This document shows, in pieces, positions 20,272 through 30,172 of a stretch of DNA of 64,000 bases (its first letter is position 1; every line of letters begins with the position of its first letter). The notes beneath the pieces are model-generated. The model had not been told where the DNA came from. It did no database searches and was given only the letters and a program-made list of their open reading frames with translations. This DNA comes from an uncultured Atopobium sp. (GTDB lineage Bacteria; Actinomycetota; Coriobacteriia; Coriobacteriales; Atopobiaceae), in the NCBI GenBank assembly GCA_947252455.1, contig CAMXVQ010000002.1, positions 18,549-82,548 on the forward strand, in the 5' to 3' direction. Made by a program: the position numbers and the translations under genes.

Positions 20272-20719
20272 CCCTTCATCTGACACCATTCAACTTCCTA
20301 TAAAACGCCTGCACGAAGATGTAATTCTTCCTCGGTATGCATATTCAGGTGATGCAGGCCTTGATTTGTGTTCCTATATTGACCTTGTTTTAAAGCCTTT
20401 TCAACGCTTCTTGGTTCCCACTGGTTTAGCCATTGCAATTCCAGATGGTTATGCTGGTTTTGTACAGCCACGAAGTGGTTTAGCATATAAATGTGGTCTT
20501 TCTATGCCTAATACTCCAGGCCTTATTGATGCTCACTATCGCGGAGAATTATTTGTGAGTGTCGTCAATTTAGATCCTCATAACGATATTCATATCTCAA
20601 AGGGGGATCGAATTGCCCAGCTTGTTATTCAAAAAGTTCCCGTTGTAGAGCTTGTTGAGACAGCTGAGCTTTCTTCTACCGACCGTGGCGATAACGGTTT
20701 TGGTTCCAGTGGTAATTAA
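20264..20719 (+). CDS. dut: dUTP diphosphatase
   Basis: 151 aa with the dUTPase motifs GDAGLDL, RSG and GFGSSG. It overlaps the nrdR end by 8 nt. Confidence 0.9.
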   Translation: MNNPSSDTIQLPIKRLHEDVILPRYAYSGDAGLDLCSYIDLVLKPFQRFLVPTGLAIAIPDGYAGFVQPRSGLAYKCGLSMPNTPGLIDAHYRGELFVSVVNLDPHNDIHISKGDRIAQLVIQKVPVVELVETAELSSTDRGDNGFGSSGN

Positions 20720-20773
20720 CCGGTAGTGTTTTCACTATCGGTTTTTTTATGTTTCTATAGGAATTCAGAAAGG

Positions 20774-22093
20774 ATGGAGATGGAAACATTTTTTAAGGCA
20801 AGTGAGAGAGGATCTTCTGTTTCACAGGAATGTAGAGCCGGTCTTACTACGTTTTTAGCGATGGCATATATTATTGCAGTTAACCCTGCAATTTTGGTAC
20901 ATGCTGGTATTCCTTTAAACGCTGCTATTACAGCAACCTGCATTGGTTCAGGTATTGTAACCATTCTTATGGGACTCATTTCAAATCGTCCTGTTGCACT
21001 TGCAACAGGCTTAGGTCTTGACGCTATTGTTGCGTTTACCTTGCCTCTTATAACTAACAACGATTGGCATACTTCTATGGCAATCGTATTCATCGAAGGT
21101 ATTGTCATCCTTCTGTTAGTGTTCTGTGGTCTGCGCGAAGCTATCATGGACGCAATCCCTGTTTCATTGCGCCATGCAATCTCTGTGGGTCTTGGAATCT
21201 TCATTGCATTCATCGGTCTAAAAAACGGTGGTGTTATTGTTCCGAGCCCTGCTACCTTTGTTACGCTTAACAAAATTACCGATCCTGTTTTCATCGTTGG
21301 TGTTATTTCTGTTGCAGTAACGCTTGCATGCTATGCCCTCAAAGTTAAAGGTGCTTTGTTAATTGGTATTGCTCTTGCGGTCATTGCAGGTATTCCTTTA
21401 GGCGTTACTTCACTTCCTACGGGCTTTGTTGCTCCGCTTGATTTCTCTACCTTTGGTGCTCCTTTTATGGTTGACGAAGAGGGGACTATGGGAATTGTTA
21501 AAGCGCTTATCAATCCTGTTTGCCTTGTATGTGCATTTTCTCTTCTTATGTCCGACTTCTTTGATACCATGGGTACAGCAACCGCTGTTGCTAAAGCCGG
21601 AGACTTCCTTAACGAAGACGGTACCGTAGAAAATATCAGCGAGATCTTAACTGTTGACTCTGCAGCTGCAGCACTTGGTGGTCTTTTTGGTGCATCCTCA
21701 ATTACTACATTTGTTGAATCTGCATCTGGTGCAGCCGATGGTGGACGCACTGGTCTCTCTGCGGTTGTAACAGGAGTTCTTTTCATTTTAGCGGCAATCT
21801 TTGCGCCCATCATTTCGGTAGTAAGTGCTGCTTCTACCTGTGGTGCCTTGGTTTTGGTTGGCTACCTTATGATCAGCGATACCGTTGAAATTAACTGGAG
21901 CGATCTATCAGAAAGCTTCCCTGCATTTGCAACGATCATCGGTATTCCTTTAACCTTCTCAATTTCTGATGGTATCGGATTTGGTTTTATTTCCTACATC
22001 ATTGTTGCCCTTATTACCGGCAATGTTAAGAAGATTAAACCTCTTATGTGGGTTGCAGGAGTTATGTTTATCGTCTATTTCTTCCTGCTTTAA
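20774..22093 (+). CDS. NCS2-family nucleobase permease (AzgA-like adenine/guanine/hypoxanthine type)
   Basis: Polytopic permease with AzgA-like motifs. The start is the ATG at 20774 (MEMETFF) with an AGGATGG Shine-Dalgarno. Confidence 0.8.
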   Translation: MEMETFFKASERGSSVSQECRAGLTTFLAMAYIIAVNPAILVHAGIPLNAAITATCIGSGIVTILMGLISNRPVALATGLGLDAIVAFTLPLITNNDWHTSMAIVFIEGIVILLLVFCGLREAIMDAIPVSLRHAISVGLGIFIAFIGLKNGGVIVPSPATFVTLNKITDPVFIVGVISVAVTLACYALKVKGALLIGIALAVIAGIPLGVTSLPTGFVAPLDFSTFGAPFMVDEEGTMGIVKALINPVCLVCAFSLLMSDFFDTMGTATAVAKAGDFLNEDGTVENISEILTVDSAAAALGGLFGASSITTFVESASGAADGGRTGLSAVVTGVLFILAAIFAPIISVVSAASTCGALVLVGYLMISDTVEINWSDLSESFPAFATIIGIPLTFSISDGIGFGFISYIIVALITGNVKKIKPLMWVAGVMFIVYFFLL

Positions 22094-22203
22094 AATATCG
22101 CTTTAATTTTTACCGAATGCATGATCGGTAAATCTTAAGATTGTATGATACTATGCGCGTGTTCTCAAAGGTAGAGCATGCGCATATATCTGAAGAAAGG
22201 AGT

Positions 22204-23469
22204 GTTATGGGTAGAGCGGACAATGCAAAAATCATCGGTGTTGATGACCATGTATCCGTTGCACGAGCTATTCCTTTAGGAATACAGCATATGATGAGTA
22301 TGTTTGGAGCTACCGTTTTAGTTCCAGTGCTTACCGGTCTTGATCCAAACTTGGCTATCATGTGTTCGGGTATTGGTACCATTGTGTATCTTTTGGTTAC
22401 TCGTAATAAAATCCCTAGTTATTTGGGTAGTTCGTTTGCATTCATCAGTCCAATAATTGTTGCTACCGCAGCTACAGGAAGCTTACACACAGCATTATCG
22501 GGTGTAGTTGTAGCAGGTTGCGTCTTTTTAGCGGTTGCAGGAATTATTAAAATTGCAGGCACCAACTGGCTTAACACTTTGCTTCCGCCTGTTTTGGTTG
22601 CATCGGTTATGGTTGTTATTGGTGTTGGACTCTCAGCAGCGGCTGCGCGTATGGCATTGCTTGGTCCTGATTCCAAATTTGCGGCTGTAAGTGCTTGTAT
22701 TGCAGGTATTACGCTTTTAGCTGCTGTAATTTTTTCTGGACAAAAAGGAATCGTTGGTACGCTTCCGGTTCTCTTAGCAATCCTTGTTGGATATATTGCA
22801 TCTGCGTGTGTAGGCCTCATCAATTTTCAAGCTGTTGTTGATGCACCATGGATTGGCCTTCCACCTATTCAGATGCCTCATTTTGACCCACACGCAATCG
22901 TTTTGATAGCTCCTGTTGCAATTGTGGTTGTTATCGAACACATTGGTCACTTGCTTGCTGTTGGCGAAATTGTAGGTAAAGATTATAGAGCAATGCTTCC
23001 TCAGTCCTTAGCCGGTGACGGCATTTCAACCTGTATCTCAGGTTTCTTAGGAGGACCTCCAACAACAACATATGCAGAAAACATTGGCGTTATGAGCGTT
23101 ACACATGTTTTTGCAACTCAGGTCTTTTGGTACGCTGCCGGATTTGCACTTATCGTTGGTGGTTTTTGTCCCAAAGTTGCTGCATTTATTGGAACAATTC
23201 CTGTGCCTGTTATGGGCGGCGTAAGCTTGTTACTCTTTGGCTTGATTGCGTCTAATGGCTTGCGTATGTTTGTTACCAATAAGGTTGATTTTGACGACAA
23301 TCGTAACCTTATGATTGCCTCAGTTGTCATTATTTTAGGTGTAGGTATGGAAACCGCACAAATTAACATCCCACTGGGAGGCTATACCTTACCAGGCATG
23401 GCAACGTCTACCTTAGTTGGTATCGTGTTAAACGCTGTTCTACCACGTCATCATAAAGATAAAGCATAA
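22204..23469 (+). CDS. NCS2-family uracil/xanthine permease
   Basis: Carries the UraA/PbuX-like signature. The start is at 22204 (MGRADN) with a GAAAGGAG Shine-Dalgarno. Confidence 0.8.
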   Translation, partial: VMGRADNAKIIGVDDHVSVARAIPLGIQHMMSMFGATVLVPVLTGLDPNLAIMCSGIGTIVYLLVTRNKIPSYLGSSFAFISPIIVATAATGSLHTALSGVVVAGCVFLAVAGIIKIAGTNWLNTLLPPVLVASVMVVIGVGLSAAAARMALLGPDSKFAAVSACIAGITLLAAVIFSGQKGIVGTLPVLLAILVGYIASACVGLINFQAVVDAPWIGLPPIQMPHFDPHAIVLIAPVAIVVVIEHIGHLLAVGEIVGKDYRAMLPQSLAGDGISTCISGFLGGPPTTTYAENIGVMSVTHVFATQVFWYAAGFALIVGGFCPKVAAFIGTIPVPVMGGVSLLLFGLIASNGLRMFVTNKVDFDDNRNLMIASVVIILGVGMETAQINIPLGGYTLPGMATSTLVGIVLNAVLPRHHKDKA

Positions 23470-23554
23470 ACGCACACAGATATTTTAGAGCGGTTAAACA
23501 ACTGTATATATCCGTTCAAATGCATAAAGTTTTGTGTTTGTGTCATTTAATATA

Positions 23555-23600
23555 CTCCAGCGTACGTATCCACAACTGATACCTACGCTGGAGTTTTACA
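23555..23600 (+). terminator. rho-independent terminator after the permease pair
   Basis: A perfect 10-bp stem, CTCCAGCGTA...TACGCTGGAG (23555-23593), followed by TTTTAC. Confidence 0.6.
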
Positions 23601-23752
23601 TTGTTTGAACTACAACTCTATAGATTTAGCGACCTTACTACTACAAGTCCAAGTTTTGCTCGTTTATATAAGACTTACACTTTCCATGTTACGCTAGATG
23701 ATATATGGGTATGTATACTGCAGTCATTTAATTGCATACATGAGGAGAAGGC

Positions 23753-24772
23753 ATGAATACAACTACAACAGAACAAACTGAGCAACCCACGTTAAAAGAT
23801 TTGGTTATTATCGGAGGCGGTCCTGCAGGTTTGTCTGCTGCTTTATATGCCCAACGCGCGCTTTTGGATATTGTAATTCTCGAACAAGAAGCGCTGGGCG
23901 GACAAATGATCGTTACCGATAAAATTGATAATTATCTAGGCGTTCCTCATATTAATGGTTATGAGTTCTCAGAAATTATGCGCAACCAAGTAAAGGACAT
24001 GGATGTTCCACTCTGTATGGAGCGTGTTGACTCACTAAAACGTATTGAAAACGAGCAAGAACCACCATATTTCCTCGTACATACCTCACGTCATGTATTT
24101 AAAGCCAAAGCTGTGCTTATTGCGTGTGGAGCTACCGCAAAAGAGGCAGAATTTAAAGGTGAAAGCCGCTATACTGGTCACGGTGTTTCGTATTGTGCCA
24201 CCTGTGACGCTATGTTTTATCGCGATAAACCAGTGTATGTAGTTGGTGGAGGTAATGCTGCATGTGAGGAAGGCCTTTTTCTCACACGCTTTGCTAAAAA
24301 GGTAACGCTTTTGGTAAGACGAGATGTCTTACGCGCACAAGATGGTGTTATTCGTCAAGTAAAAGAAAATCCAAAAATGCATATTGTATACAATACTCGA
24401 ATTAAAGAAATTGCAGGGGAGTCTGACGAAGGCTTTACATCTATTACCCTCGAAAATACTAAAACTCGCTCTACCGAAACTATTACCTGTGAGCCACACG
24501 GTATTGGTGTATTTGTATTTGCAGGTAGAAAACCTATGAACCAGCTTGTTGGTCAGTTTGTAGATACCGATAAAAATGGATTCATTAAAACTGATGATCA
24601 TATGCAGACACGTACCGAGGGCTTATATGCCGCAGGCGATGTCCGAGATAAAGTTTTGCGCCAACTGATTACAGCGGCTTCAGACGGTGCGGTTGCTGCA
24701 ACAAGTGCTGCAAGTTATATTAGAAAACTTAAACGTACGTCTCAAATGAACGCACAGACTCACAAGGCTTAA
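23753..24772 (+). CDS. trxB: thioredoxin-disulfide reductase
   Basis: 339 aa with FAD and NADPH Rossmann motifs (GGGPAG, GGGNAA) and the redox-active CATC. GAGGAGAAGG Shine-Dalgarno. Confidence 0.88.
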   Translation: MNTTTTEQTEQPTLKDLVIIGGGPAGLSAALYAQRALLDIVILEQEALGGQMIVTDKIDNYLGVPHINGYEFSEIMRNQVKDMDVPLCMERVDSLKRIENEQEPPYFLVHTSRHVFKAKAVLIACGATAKEAEFKGESRYTGHGVSYCATCDAMFYRDKPVYVVGGGNAACEEGLFLTRFAKKVTLLVRRDVLRAQDGVIRQVKENPKMHIVYNTRIKEIAGESDEGFTSITLENTKTRSTETITCEPHGIGVFVFAGRKPMNQLVGQFVDTDKNGFIKTDDHMQTRTEGLYAAGDVRDKVLRQLITAASDGAVAATSAASYIRKLKRTSQMNAQTHKA

Positions 24773-24906
24773 AGGTTTACCATAAGTTTAAGCGTCTGCT
24801 CTATAAAGTAAGACATAAACTGCATGTATATAGCTTAGTACTAACGTTGTAAACTAATCCGATACTAAAACATGATAATATATCTTATGTAAAGTAGTTA
24901 AACAGC

Positions 24907-24945
24907 AGAGGTTGAGAGGCATAGCTTCTCTTCCTCTTTTATTTC
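24907..24945. terminator. candidate bidirectional terminator between the convergent trxB and ClC genes
   Basis: An imperfect stem, AGAGGttGAGAG / cTTCTCttCCTCT, followed by TTTTATTTCTT. Confidence 0.35.
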
Positions 24946-24970
24946 TTGAGTGAAATAACTCAGATAAAAC

Positions 24971-26620
24971 CTATGCACCATCGACAAAGTGACTATCAAG
25001 TAATTTTTGAACTTTAGTTTTTGTTGTTAATTCTGTTTGAGTTATAAATGAACATAACAACTCATCGCCAGCCACGAGCTTTGAATCACCTGTTGGCAAT
25101 ATGGTCATTCCTTCTCGATTAATTGTGATAATGCGCATATCCTGAGGAAAATTAATCTCCGCAAGACATTTATGTTCAACGCTTGAGTTTACACCCACAT
25201 GAAGCGTTTGAAACACCAGCTCTTTTTTATGCGGAAGCTTTTTAGCAATTAGTTCTTTATGTGAATCCACACGCATCATTTTCTGAATAGCATGGGTTTG
25301 CTCGGTAGAAATATTTTGTATCAAACGCATTGTTAAATGCTCATAAAATGGATCAACTTTGCACATATTTGCGCAGATATACGACACGATAGATACAATT
25401 GATACTGCTAAAAGTGCATTGAAACTACCAGTTAGCTCAAAAGCAAGAATAACTGCTGTAACAGGAGCTCGCACAACTGAGGCAAATAATCCAGCTATGC
25501 CAAGCACAACAAAATTGACAAGATAGATCTGAGGAAGTCCTAAATAAGTGCAGGCTATGACACCAAAAAGGCAACCTGTAAGAGCGCCCATTGCACAAAG
25601 AGGAAACAAGGTTCCTCCAGGTGCACCTGAAGCAAAACAGAATGTGGTAAAGAGATATTTACCCAACAATAAAGCAATAATCGCCGAAAGTGCAAGATTT
25701 TGCGCATGAGATAAATATTCAAAAATTTTATCTCCACCACAGCATAACGTGGGAGCAAAATAAATAGCTATACACGGAATACAGCTTGCAAAAATAAGTG
25801 GTGCATACGCATGAAATTTCTCGAGCTTTGCATAAAACGTTTCCTGAATAAAAAACATACCAGCATTATGCGCTGCTCCTAAAAGCCCACAAAATACACC
25901 AAGAAGCAGGATATACGCATAATATGCATGATTAATATTTTTAATAAAGTGAAAAGCTAAGACAGGCTGGACACCTAAAATTTGAGATACTACAAAATCT
26001 GATGCAATACTTGAAATCATAGCAGCTATCAAGAGTGCCGGCTTAAATTCTTTATGAATCTCTTCGAGTGCAAATAACGTTCCGGTAAGAGGCGCATGAA
26101 AAGCTGCAGCCATACCTGCAGCTGCACCACAAGTAATAAGAAGACGTTTTTCTATGCGACGACGCCTAAAAAGCTTTGAAACTGCCTTACCAACAACAGC
26201 TCCAAGCTGTACACTTGGTCCTTCTCGGCCAAGTGACATGCCTGCAAGCGAGCACATACTCCCCTCTAAGAATTTAACGGGTAAGACACGCCACCACTTC
26301 ATTGAAAGCTCGCCTTTTATTTCTGCATCAACATGAGGAATACCAGACCCTTTAGAATGAGGCTCCCAACGAGTTAAGAAACAAACAGCACAGCCTAAAC
26401 ACACAGCGATGACGAGCCAAAGGATTATAACTAATGGCATCTCGTGCATATAATTATGCAGCCATATTACAAATTCTTCGGCTTTATCAAGGGTAATACG
26501 GTAAAGAGTTATAGTTAGTCCTGCTAAAAGACCAACTATAACTCCTTCAACAACAAGGTCAATTTGTAAACGCCTTGAAAATTGTTTATTAAGTTCATAC
26601 AGTATAGAAGATTTTGACAT
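24971..26620 (-). CDS. ClC-family chloride channel/antiporter with a C-terminal TrkA-C (RCK_C) domain
   Basis: ClC selectivity motifs GSGIP, GREGP and GxFxP. The C-terminal soluble domain is of the type (RCK_C) found in Cl-/H+ transporters. Confidence 0.8.
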   Translation of the reverse strand: MSKSSILYELNKQFSRRLQIDLVVEGVIVGLLAGLTITLYRITLDKAEEFVIWLHNYMHEMPLVIILWLVIAVCLGCAVCFLTRWEPHSKGSGIPHVDAEIKGELSMKWWRVLPVKFLEGSMCSLAGMSLGREGPSVQLGAVVGKAVSKLFRRRRIEKRLLITCGAAAGMAAAFHAPLTGTLFALEEIHKEFKPALLIAAMISSIASDFVVSQILGVQPVLAFHFIKNINHAYYAYILLLGVFCGLLGAAHNAGMFFIQETFYAKLEKFHAYAPLIFASCIPCIAIYFAPTLCCGGDKIFEYLSHAQNLALSAIIALLLGKYLFTTFCFASGAPGGTLFPLCAMGALTGCLFGVIACTYLGLPQIYLVNFVVLGIAGLFASVVRAPVTAVILAFELTGSFNALLAVSIVSIVSYICANMCKVDPFYEHLTMRLIQNISTEQTHAIQKMMRVDSHKELIAKKLPHKKELVFQTLHVGVNSSVEHKCLAEINFPQDMRIITINREGMTILPTGDSKLVAGDELLCSFITQTELTTKTKVQKLLDSHFVDGA

Positions 26621-26634
26621 AATGAACGATAGTT

Positions 26635-27807
26635 TTACAGGATAGATCCGCCACCATAGAAGCTGCTATACCTAAGATAACCTGACAGAGAAACGCAAAC
26701 GGGTCCTCTTGAGCTGCTTGAATGTATAAACTGATCGCCACCAACATAGATACCCACATGGTTGCATCCGTTAAAGAATACAAGGTCGCCAGCAACAAGC
26801 TGAGAAGGACTTGTTTTCCAGTTGCCTTTTGCTTTGATTTCGTCACGTTGCGTCCATGTGGTTCTGCTTATAGAATAACCCGAAAGACGGAATATGTATT
26901 GTGTAAATCCAGAACAGTCGAAGCCGCCATTAGATGGGTTATTGCTTCCCCAAATATATCGGTAGCCTTTTCCTAAAAATTGATAAGCATTGGAAACAGG
27001 ACCGCCTGCATCACTGTAAGAATTTGAGTGCGAAGGAGAAAGCGTAGAACTACTACCGCCATTATTTTGATTATTACCTTGATTATCACTTTGAGCAGAT
27101 GAATTACCAGCGGCTGGCTGAGTGTTATCCGAGTTCTCTTGAATAACCCCCATCACGTATGCAGCCTGTGAATCAGTATTTTCTGCCTGTTTTTGGATGG
27201 CTGCCTGCGCTTCTGCGCTTAAGCTGTTGTAATAGCTTTGAGCTTCACTAAGTTTTGACTGAATATCATCAATTTGAGACTGAAGTTTTTCGCCCTGTGC
27301 TTTTTCTTTTGCCTGCTGCTCTTCCAACGCTGATTTTTGGCTGGCAAGCTCGCGCGACAAATCACGTACGTCATTAATGGTGCGTGCATCTTCTTGCGAA
27401 ACAGAATCCATATAATGAATACGACTTACAAGATCTTCCATACTTGTTGAGCCCATAATAAGCTCAAGCATAGATGCAACACCCGATTTATAGCTACTCC
27501 GAACACGCTTGCTCAGTATTTCTTTTGCAGTATCAAGCTTTTGAGTTGTCTGTGCAATTTCTTGTTCTTTATCAACAATTTCGGTGGCGATCTTTTGAAG
27601 ATTTCCTTCGTTTTCATCCAAACTATTCTGACAATCTTTAAGTTCTGCTGCAAGCGAATCAATCTTATCAGATGCAGCCTGGATCTCCGACGGCTGCACG
27701 GCATAAGCAGCGGTTATAGGATAGGATGAAGTTAATGTAAGGGCACAAACAAGACCAGCAGTTACAGCTTTATAACCAAGCTTGTTATTCTTGGTAGTTA
27801 GTAACAT
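26635..27807 (-). CDS. secreted NlpC/P60 peptidoglycan endopeptidase with an N-terminal coiled coil (RipA/CwlO-like)
   Basis: Signal peptide from the ATG at 27807, with a GGAAGG Shine-Dalgarno. A long coiled-coil region is followed by a Gln/Asn/Ser-rich linker. The C-terminal NlpC/P60 domain carries the catalytic motif DCSGF...H. Confidence 0.75.
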   Translation of the reverse strand: MLLTTKNNKLGYKAVTAGLVCALTLTSSYPITAAYAVQPSEIQAASDKIDSLAAELKDCQNSLDENEGNLQKIATEIVDKEQEIAQTTQKLDTAKEILSKRVRSSYKSGVASMLELIMGSTSMEDLVSRIHYMDSVSQEDARTINDVRDLSRELASQKSALEEQQAKEKAQGEKLQSQIDDIQSKLSEAQSYYNSLSAEAQAAIQKQAENTDSQAAYVMGVIQENSDNTQPAAGNSSAQSDNQGNNQNNGGSSSTLSPSHSNSYSDAGGPVSNAYQFLGKGYRYIWGSNNPSNGGFDCSGFTQYIFRLSGYSISRTTWTQRDEIKAKGNWKTSPSQLVAGDLVFFNGCNHVGIYVGGDQFIHSSSSRGPVCVSLSGYLRYSSFYGGGSIL

Positions 27808-27925
27808 TTTATTACCTTCCAAAATATACGGACTTCACAGTTAGAGTTCGATTTTTGTACGTATAGTGGTTAAAATGATACGATGCACATGAGCATAAGT
27901 CAAGCAACGGGCAGATAAATCCATA

Positions 27926-28459
27926 TTAATTGACCTGCACAAGTGTGTACATTTCTTGGTCAAATTCCTTTTTAATAATGTCACGAGGATGCAAAAAGGC
28001 AAGCTCTAAAAGAAAAGAAAAACCGATCAGTTGTGCTCCTGTTTGCTCTATGAGATGCGCGGTTGCAACAGAGGTTCCTCCAGTTGCAACTAAATCATCT
28101 ACAATAAGAACGCGATCCTCCTTTGTAAGAGCATCTTTGTGAATTTCAAGCTCATTAGAACCGTATTCCAAATCATAGGCTTCGCGCAAAACCTCTCGAG
28201 GCAACTTTCCTGGCTTACGAGCAGGGACAAAGCCTGCATGAAGCTTATAAGCAACGGGCGCTCCCAGTAAAAACCCGCGAGCCTCAGCACCAATCACCTT
28301 GGTAATGTGTTTATCAGCAAAGTGATCAGCAATCGCATCGACAGCAGCCGCAAATCCTTCGGAATTTCCAACTAAAGGCGTAATATCTTTAAACACAACA
28401 CCTGGTTCAGGATAATCTTTGATGTTGTAAATAAGTGACTCAAAATCAAATGAAGACAT
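27926..28459 (-). CDS. apt: adenine phosphoribosyltransferase
   Basis: 177 aa with the PRTase motif VLIVDDLVATGGT. Confidence 0.9.
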   Translation of the reverse strand: MSSFDFESLIYNIKDYPEPGVVFKDITPLVGNSEGFAAAVDAIADHFADKHITKVIGAEARGFLLGAPVAYKLHAGFVPARKPGKLPREVLREAYDLEYGSNELEIHKDALTKEDRVLIVDDLVATGGTSVATAHLIEQTGAQLIGFSFLLELAFLHPRDIIKKEFDQEMYTLVQVN

Positions 28460-28504
28460 ATCTGTCCTTTCAAAACAAAAAATCGAAGCTTAAACATGTA
28501 GTGG

Positions 28505-29233
28505 TTACTTTATATCCTCTTTATGCGTGTTAAACGTTTTCTGGATCTTTTTGCGTATGAGCTGATTTCTAATAGATCCCGTAAGCGAAAGGATTGTATC
28601 AAAAGCTTTCTCAAATCTTTCACGGCTTTGCTTTGTTTGCTGCACATCTACCCCACCGGCTTTAGTTGCAAAAATAACAAGCGCATGTTCAAACAGTGCT
28701 GACTCACGATTAGAAGCAATTACGTATTGCCGCAAATTTTTTGGTCCAATACTGTAATGCGTTAACTCATCACATGTCTTAATGAGATCAAAGTCTCTAC
28801 TATCAACCAACTCTCTACCATGAGGTGAACGTTTAAAGTCAATGAGACCAGCATCAGCTAGCTGCCGTGTAAAGCTAATAGAAACTCCCACCAACTCTGG
28901 TATTCTATCTAAAGGATACAGCCTATGCGAAGGTGCTAGGATTTCTTCTTGTGTAGCGTCTGCGTCCATTCCACGTGATTGCAACTCTTGCGTACGCTGC
29001 AATTTTTCTTTTATAACCGACAACGGCATAAATTTATGTTTTTGCAGGTAAAGAATATCTTCTAAACGCTTAATGTCATAACTTGAATAAAGCCGATAAC
29101 CAGTTTTAGTACGCGCGGGCTCTATAAGGCCTTCGTTTTCTAAATACCGAATTTTAGATATGCTAATATCCGGATAACGTTCTTTAAGGTGAGCTACCAC
29201 TTTTCCAATGGTAAGACAAGCTGGATGTGCCAT
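28505..29233 (-). CDS. MerR-family transcriptional regulator (FtsR/Rv1828-like)
   Basis: N-terminal MerR HTH (LTIGKVVAHL...ISKIRYLENEGLIEP...GYRLYS). It sits directly downstream of the FHA protein, as in the actinobacterial garA-Rv1828 and odhI-ftsR pairs. Confidence 0.7.
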   Translation of the reverse strand: MAHPACLTIGKVVAHLKERYPDISISKIRYLENEGLIEPARTKTGYRLYSSYDIKRLEDILYLQKHKFMPLSVIKEKLQRTQELQSRGMDADATQEEILAPSHRLYPLDRIPELVGVSISFTRQLADAGLIDFKRSPHGRELVDSRDFDLIKTCDELTHYSIGPKNLRQYVIASNRESALFEHALVIFATKAGGVDVQQTKQSRERFEKAFDTILSLTGSIRNQLIRKKIQKTFNTHKEDIK

Positions 29234-29241
29234 GGCAATAC

Positions 29242-29685
29242 CTATCTGCTCAGCGCAGACGAATCATGCGTAGACACATGCTTGTTAGTATGGAAAATCA
29301 TACGAAACGTGCCAATTTGAATGGTGGAGCCATCTTTAAGAAATGCTTTATTGACAATAGCACCGTCAATCCAGGTGCCATTAAGAGAATTGAGATCTTC
29401 TATAGTGACATAGCCTTGATCTAAAGAGGTGAAATCGATACGTGCATGTTTTCTTGAAACAGTCATATCATTAAGAAAAATACTGTTAGACGGATCGCGC
29501 CCTATAGTAATAATTGATGTATTTAGTTCAAAAACCATGCCAGTTTGGGGACCTTTGACAATAGCAAGTGTAGGATACACTGGATCTGGTTTATCAAAGA
29601 TACTCGGTGAAGTAACATCAGTTGCTGGCATGCGAAAAATCTGCGTAGATCCTGCAGTAGTTGCGTTGTTTGGTTCTTGTTGCAT
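29242..29685 (-). CDS. FHA-domain protein (OdhI/GarA-like)
   Basis: 147 aa. The N-terminal Thr-rich segment ATTAGSTQIFR resembles the ETTS phospho-acceptor motif. The C-terminal FHA domain reads IGRDPSNSIFLNDMTVSRKHARI. Confidence 0.8.
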   Translation of the reverse strand: MQQEPNNATTAGSTQIFRMPATDVTSPSIFDKPDPVYPTLAIVKGPQTGMVFELNTSIITIGRDPSNSIFLNDMTVSRKHARIDFTSLDQGYVTIEDLNSLNGTWIDGAIVNKAFLKDGSTIQIGTFRMIFHTNKHVSTHDSSALSR

Positions 29686-29748
29686 AGTATCCCTTTCAAA
29701 AGCAATTCATATACTATCATAGCGCTAAGTAAGGCCTTTTGACTAGAC

Positions 29749-30162
29749 TTATCTACAGGCAATACAGCTAATTTCAACGCGAGCATCATCAGGCAGTGAA
29801 CAGACGTGGGCTACACTTCGTGCAGGCGCAGGTAGATCAAAATGTTTGCGCAAAACAGCGTCAATTTCTGGTACGTCTTCAGGCGAAGTAACAAAAATAG
29901 TCATCTGTGCAATATCGGAAAGCGTACAATTTACTTCGTCTAAAAGCTTTACAAACGTTGTAATAATCTTTTCGGTTTGTTCAGCAACACTCAAGTTTAC
30001 TTGAGTGTTAGTTGAGTGTTGGTTTATAGAAGAGAACGCGTGGTCTTGATCTTTTTCAATTCCTGTTTGACCCGATATAAAGATAAGACGACCTGCAGTA
30101 GTGGCTTGAGAATAAAAACCTTTGCTTTGACTGACATCTGCCGAGCTAATAGCATACTTCAT
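29749..30162 (-). CDS. ridA: RidA/YjgF-family enamine/imine deaminase
   Basis: 137 aa with the YjgF/chorismate-mutase-like fold signature. Confidence 0.8.
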   Translation of the reverse strand: MKYAISSADVSQSKGFYSQATTAGRLIFISGQTGIEKDQDHAFSSINQHSTNTQVNLSVAEQTEKIITTFVKLLDEVNCTLSDIAQMTIFVTSPEDVPEIDAVLRKHFDLPAPARSVAHVCSLPDDARVEISCIACR

Positions 30163-30172
30163 TGTTTACCCC

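Noticed and set aside
20755-21813. Antisense ORFs of 160-180 aa inside the NCS2 permease gene
   Set aside because: Low-complexity translations on the opposite strand of a strongly conserved CDS. They have no Shine-Dalgarno and no homology. Similar shadow ORFs occur inside ppdK (54294-54847, 55496-56164), uvrA, rseP (37874-38182) and dxr/cdsA (39419-39856), and were rejected for the same reason.
22094-22203. Purine riboswitch or PyrR attenuator upstream of the second permease
   Set aside because: No aptamer consensus (UAUA...junction motifs) and no PyrR binding loop (CCAGAGAGG) is present. Only a simple palindromic hairpin is there.
27823-27925. c-di-AMP (ydaO-type) riboswitch upstream of the NlpC/P60 hydrolase
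   Set aside because: The 100-nt leader lacks the pseudo-symmetric ydaO motifs. It is only an AT-rich promoter region.
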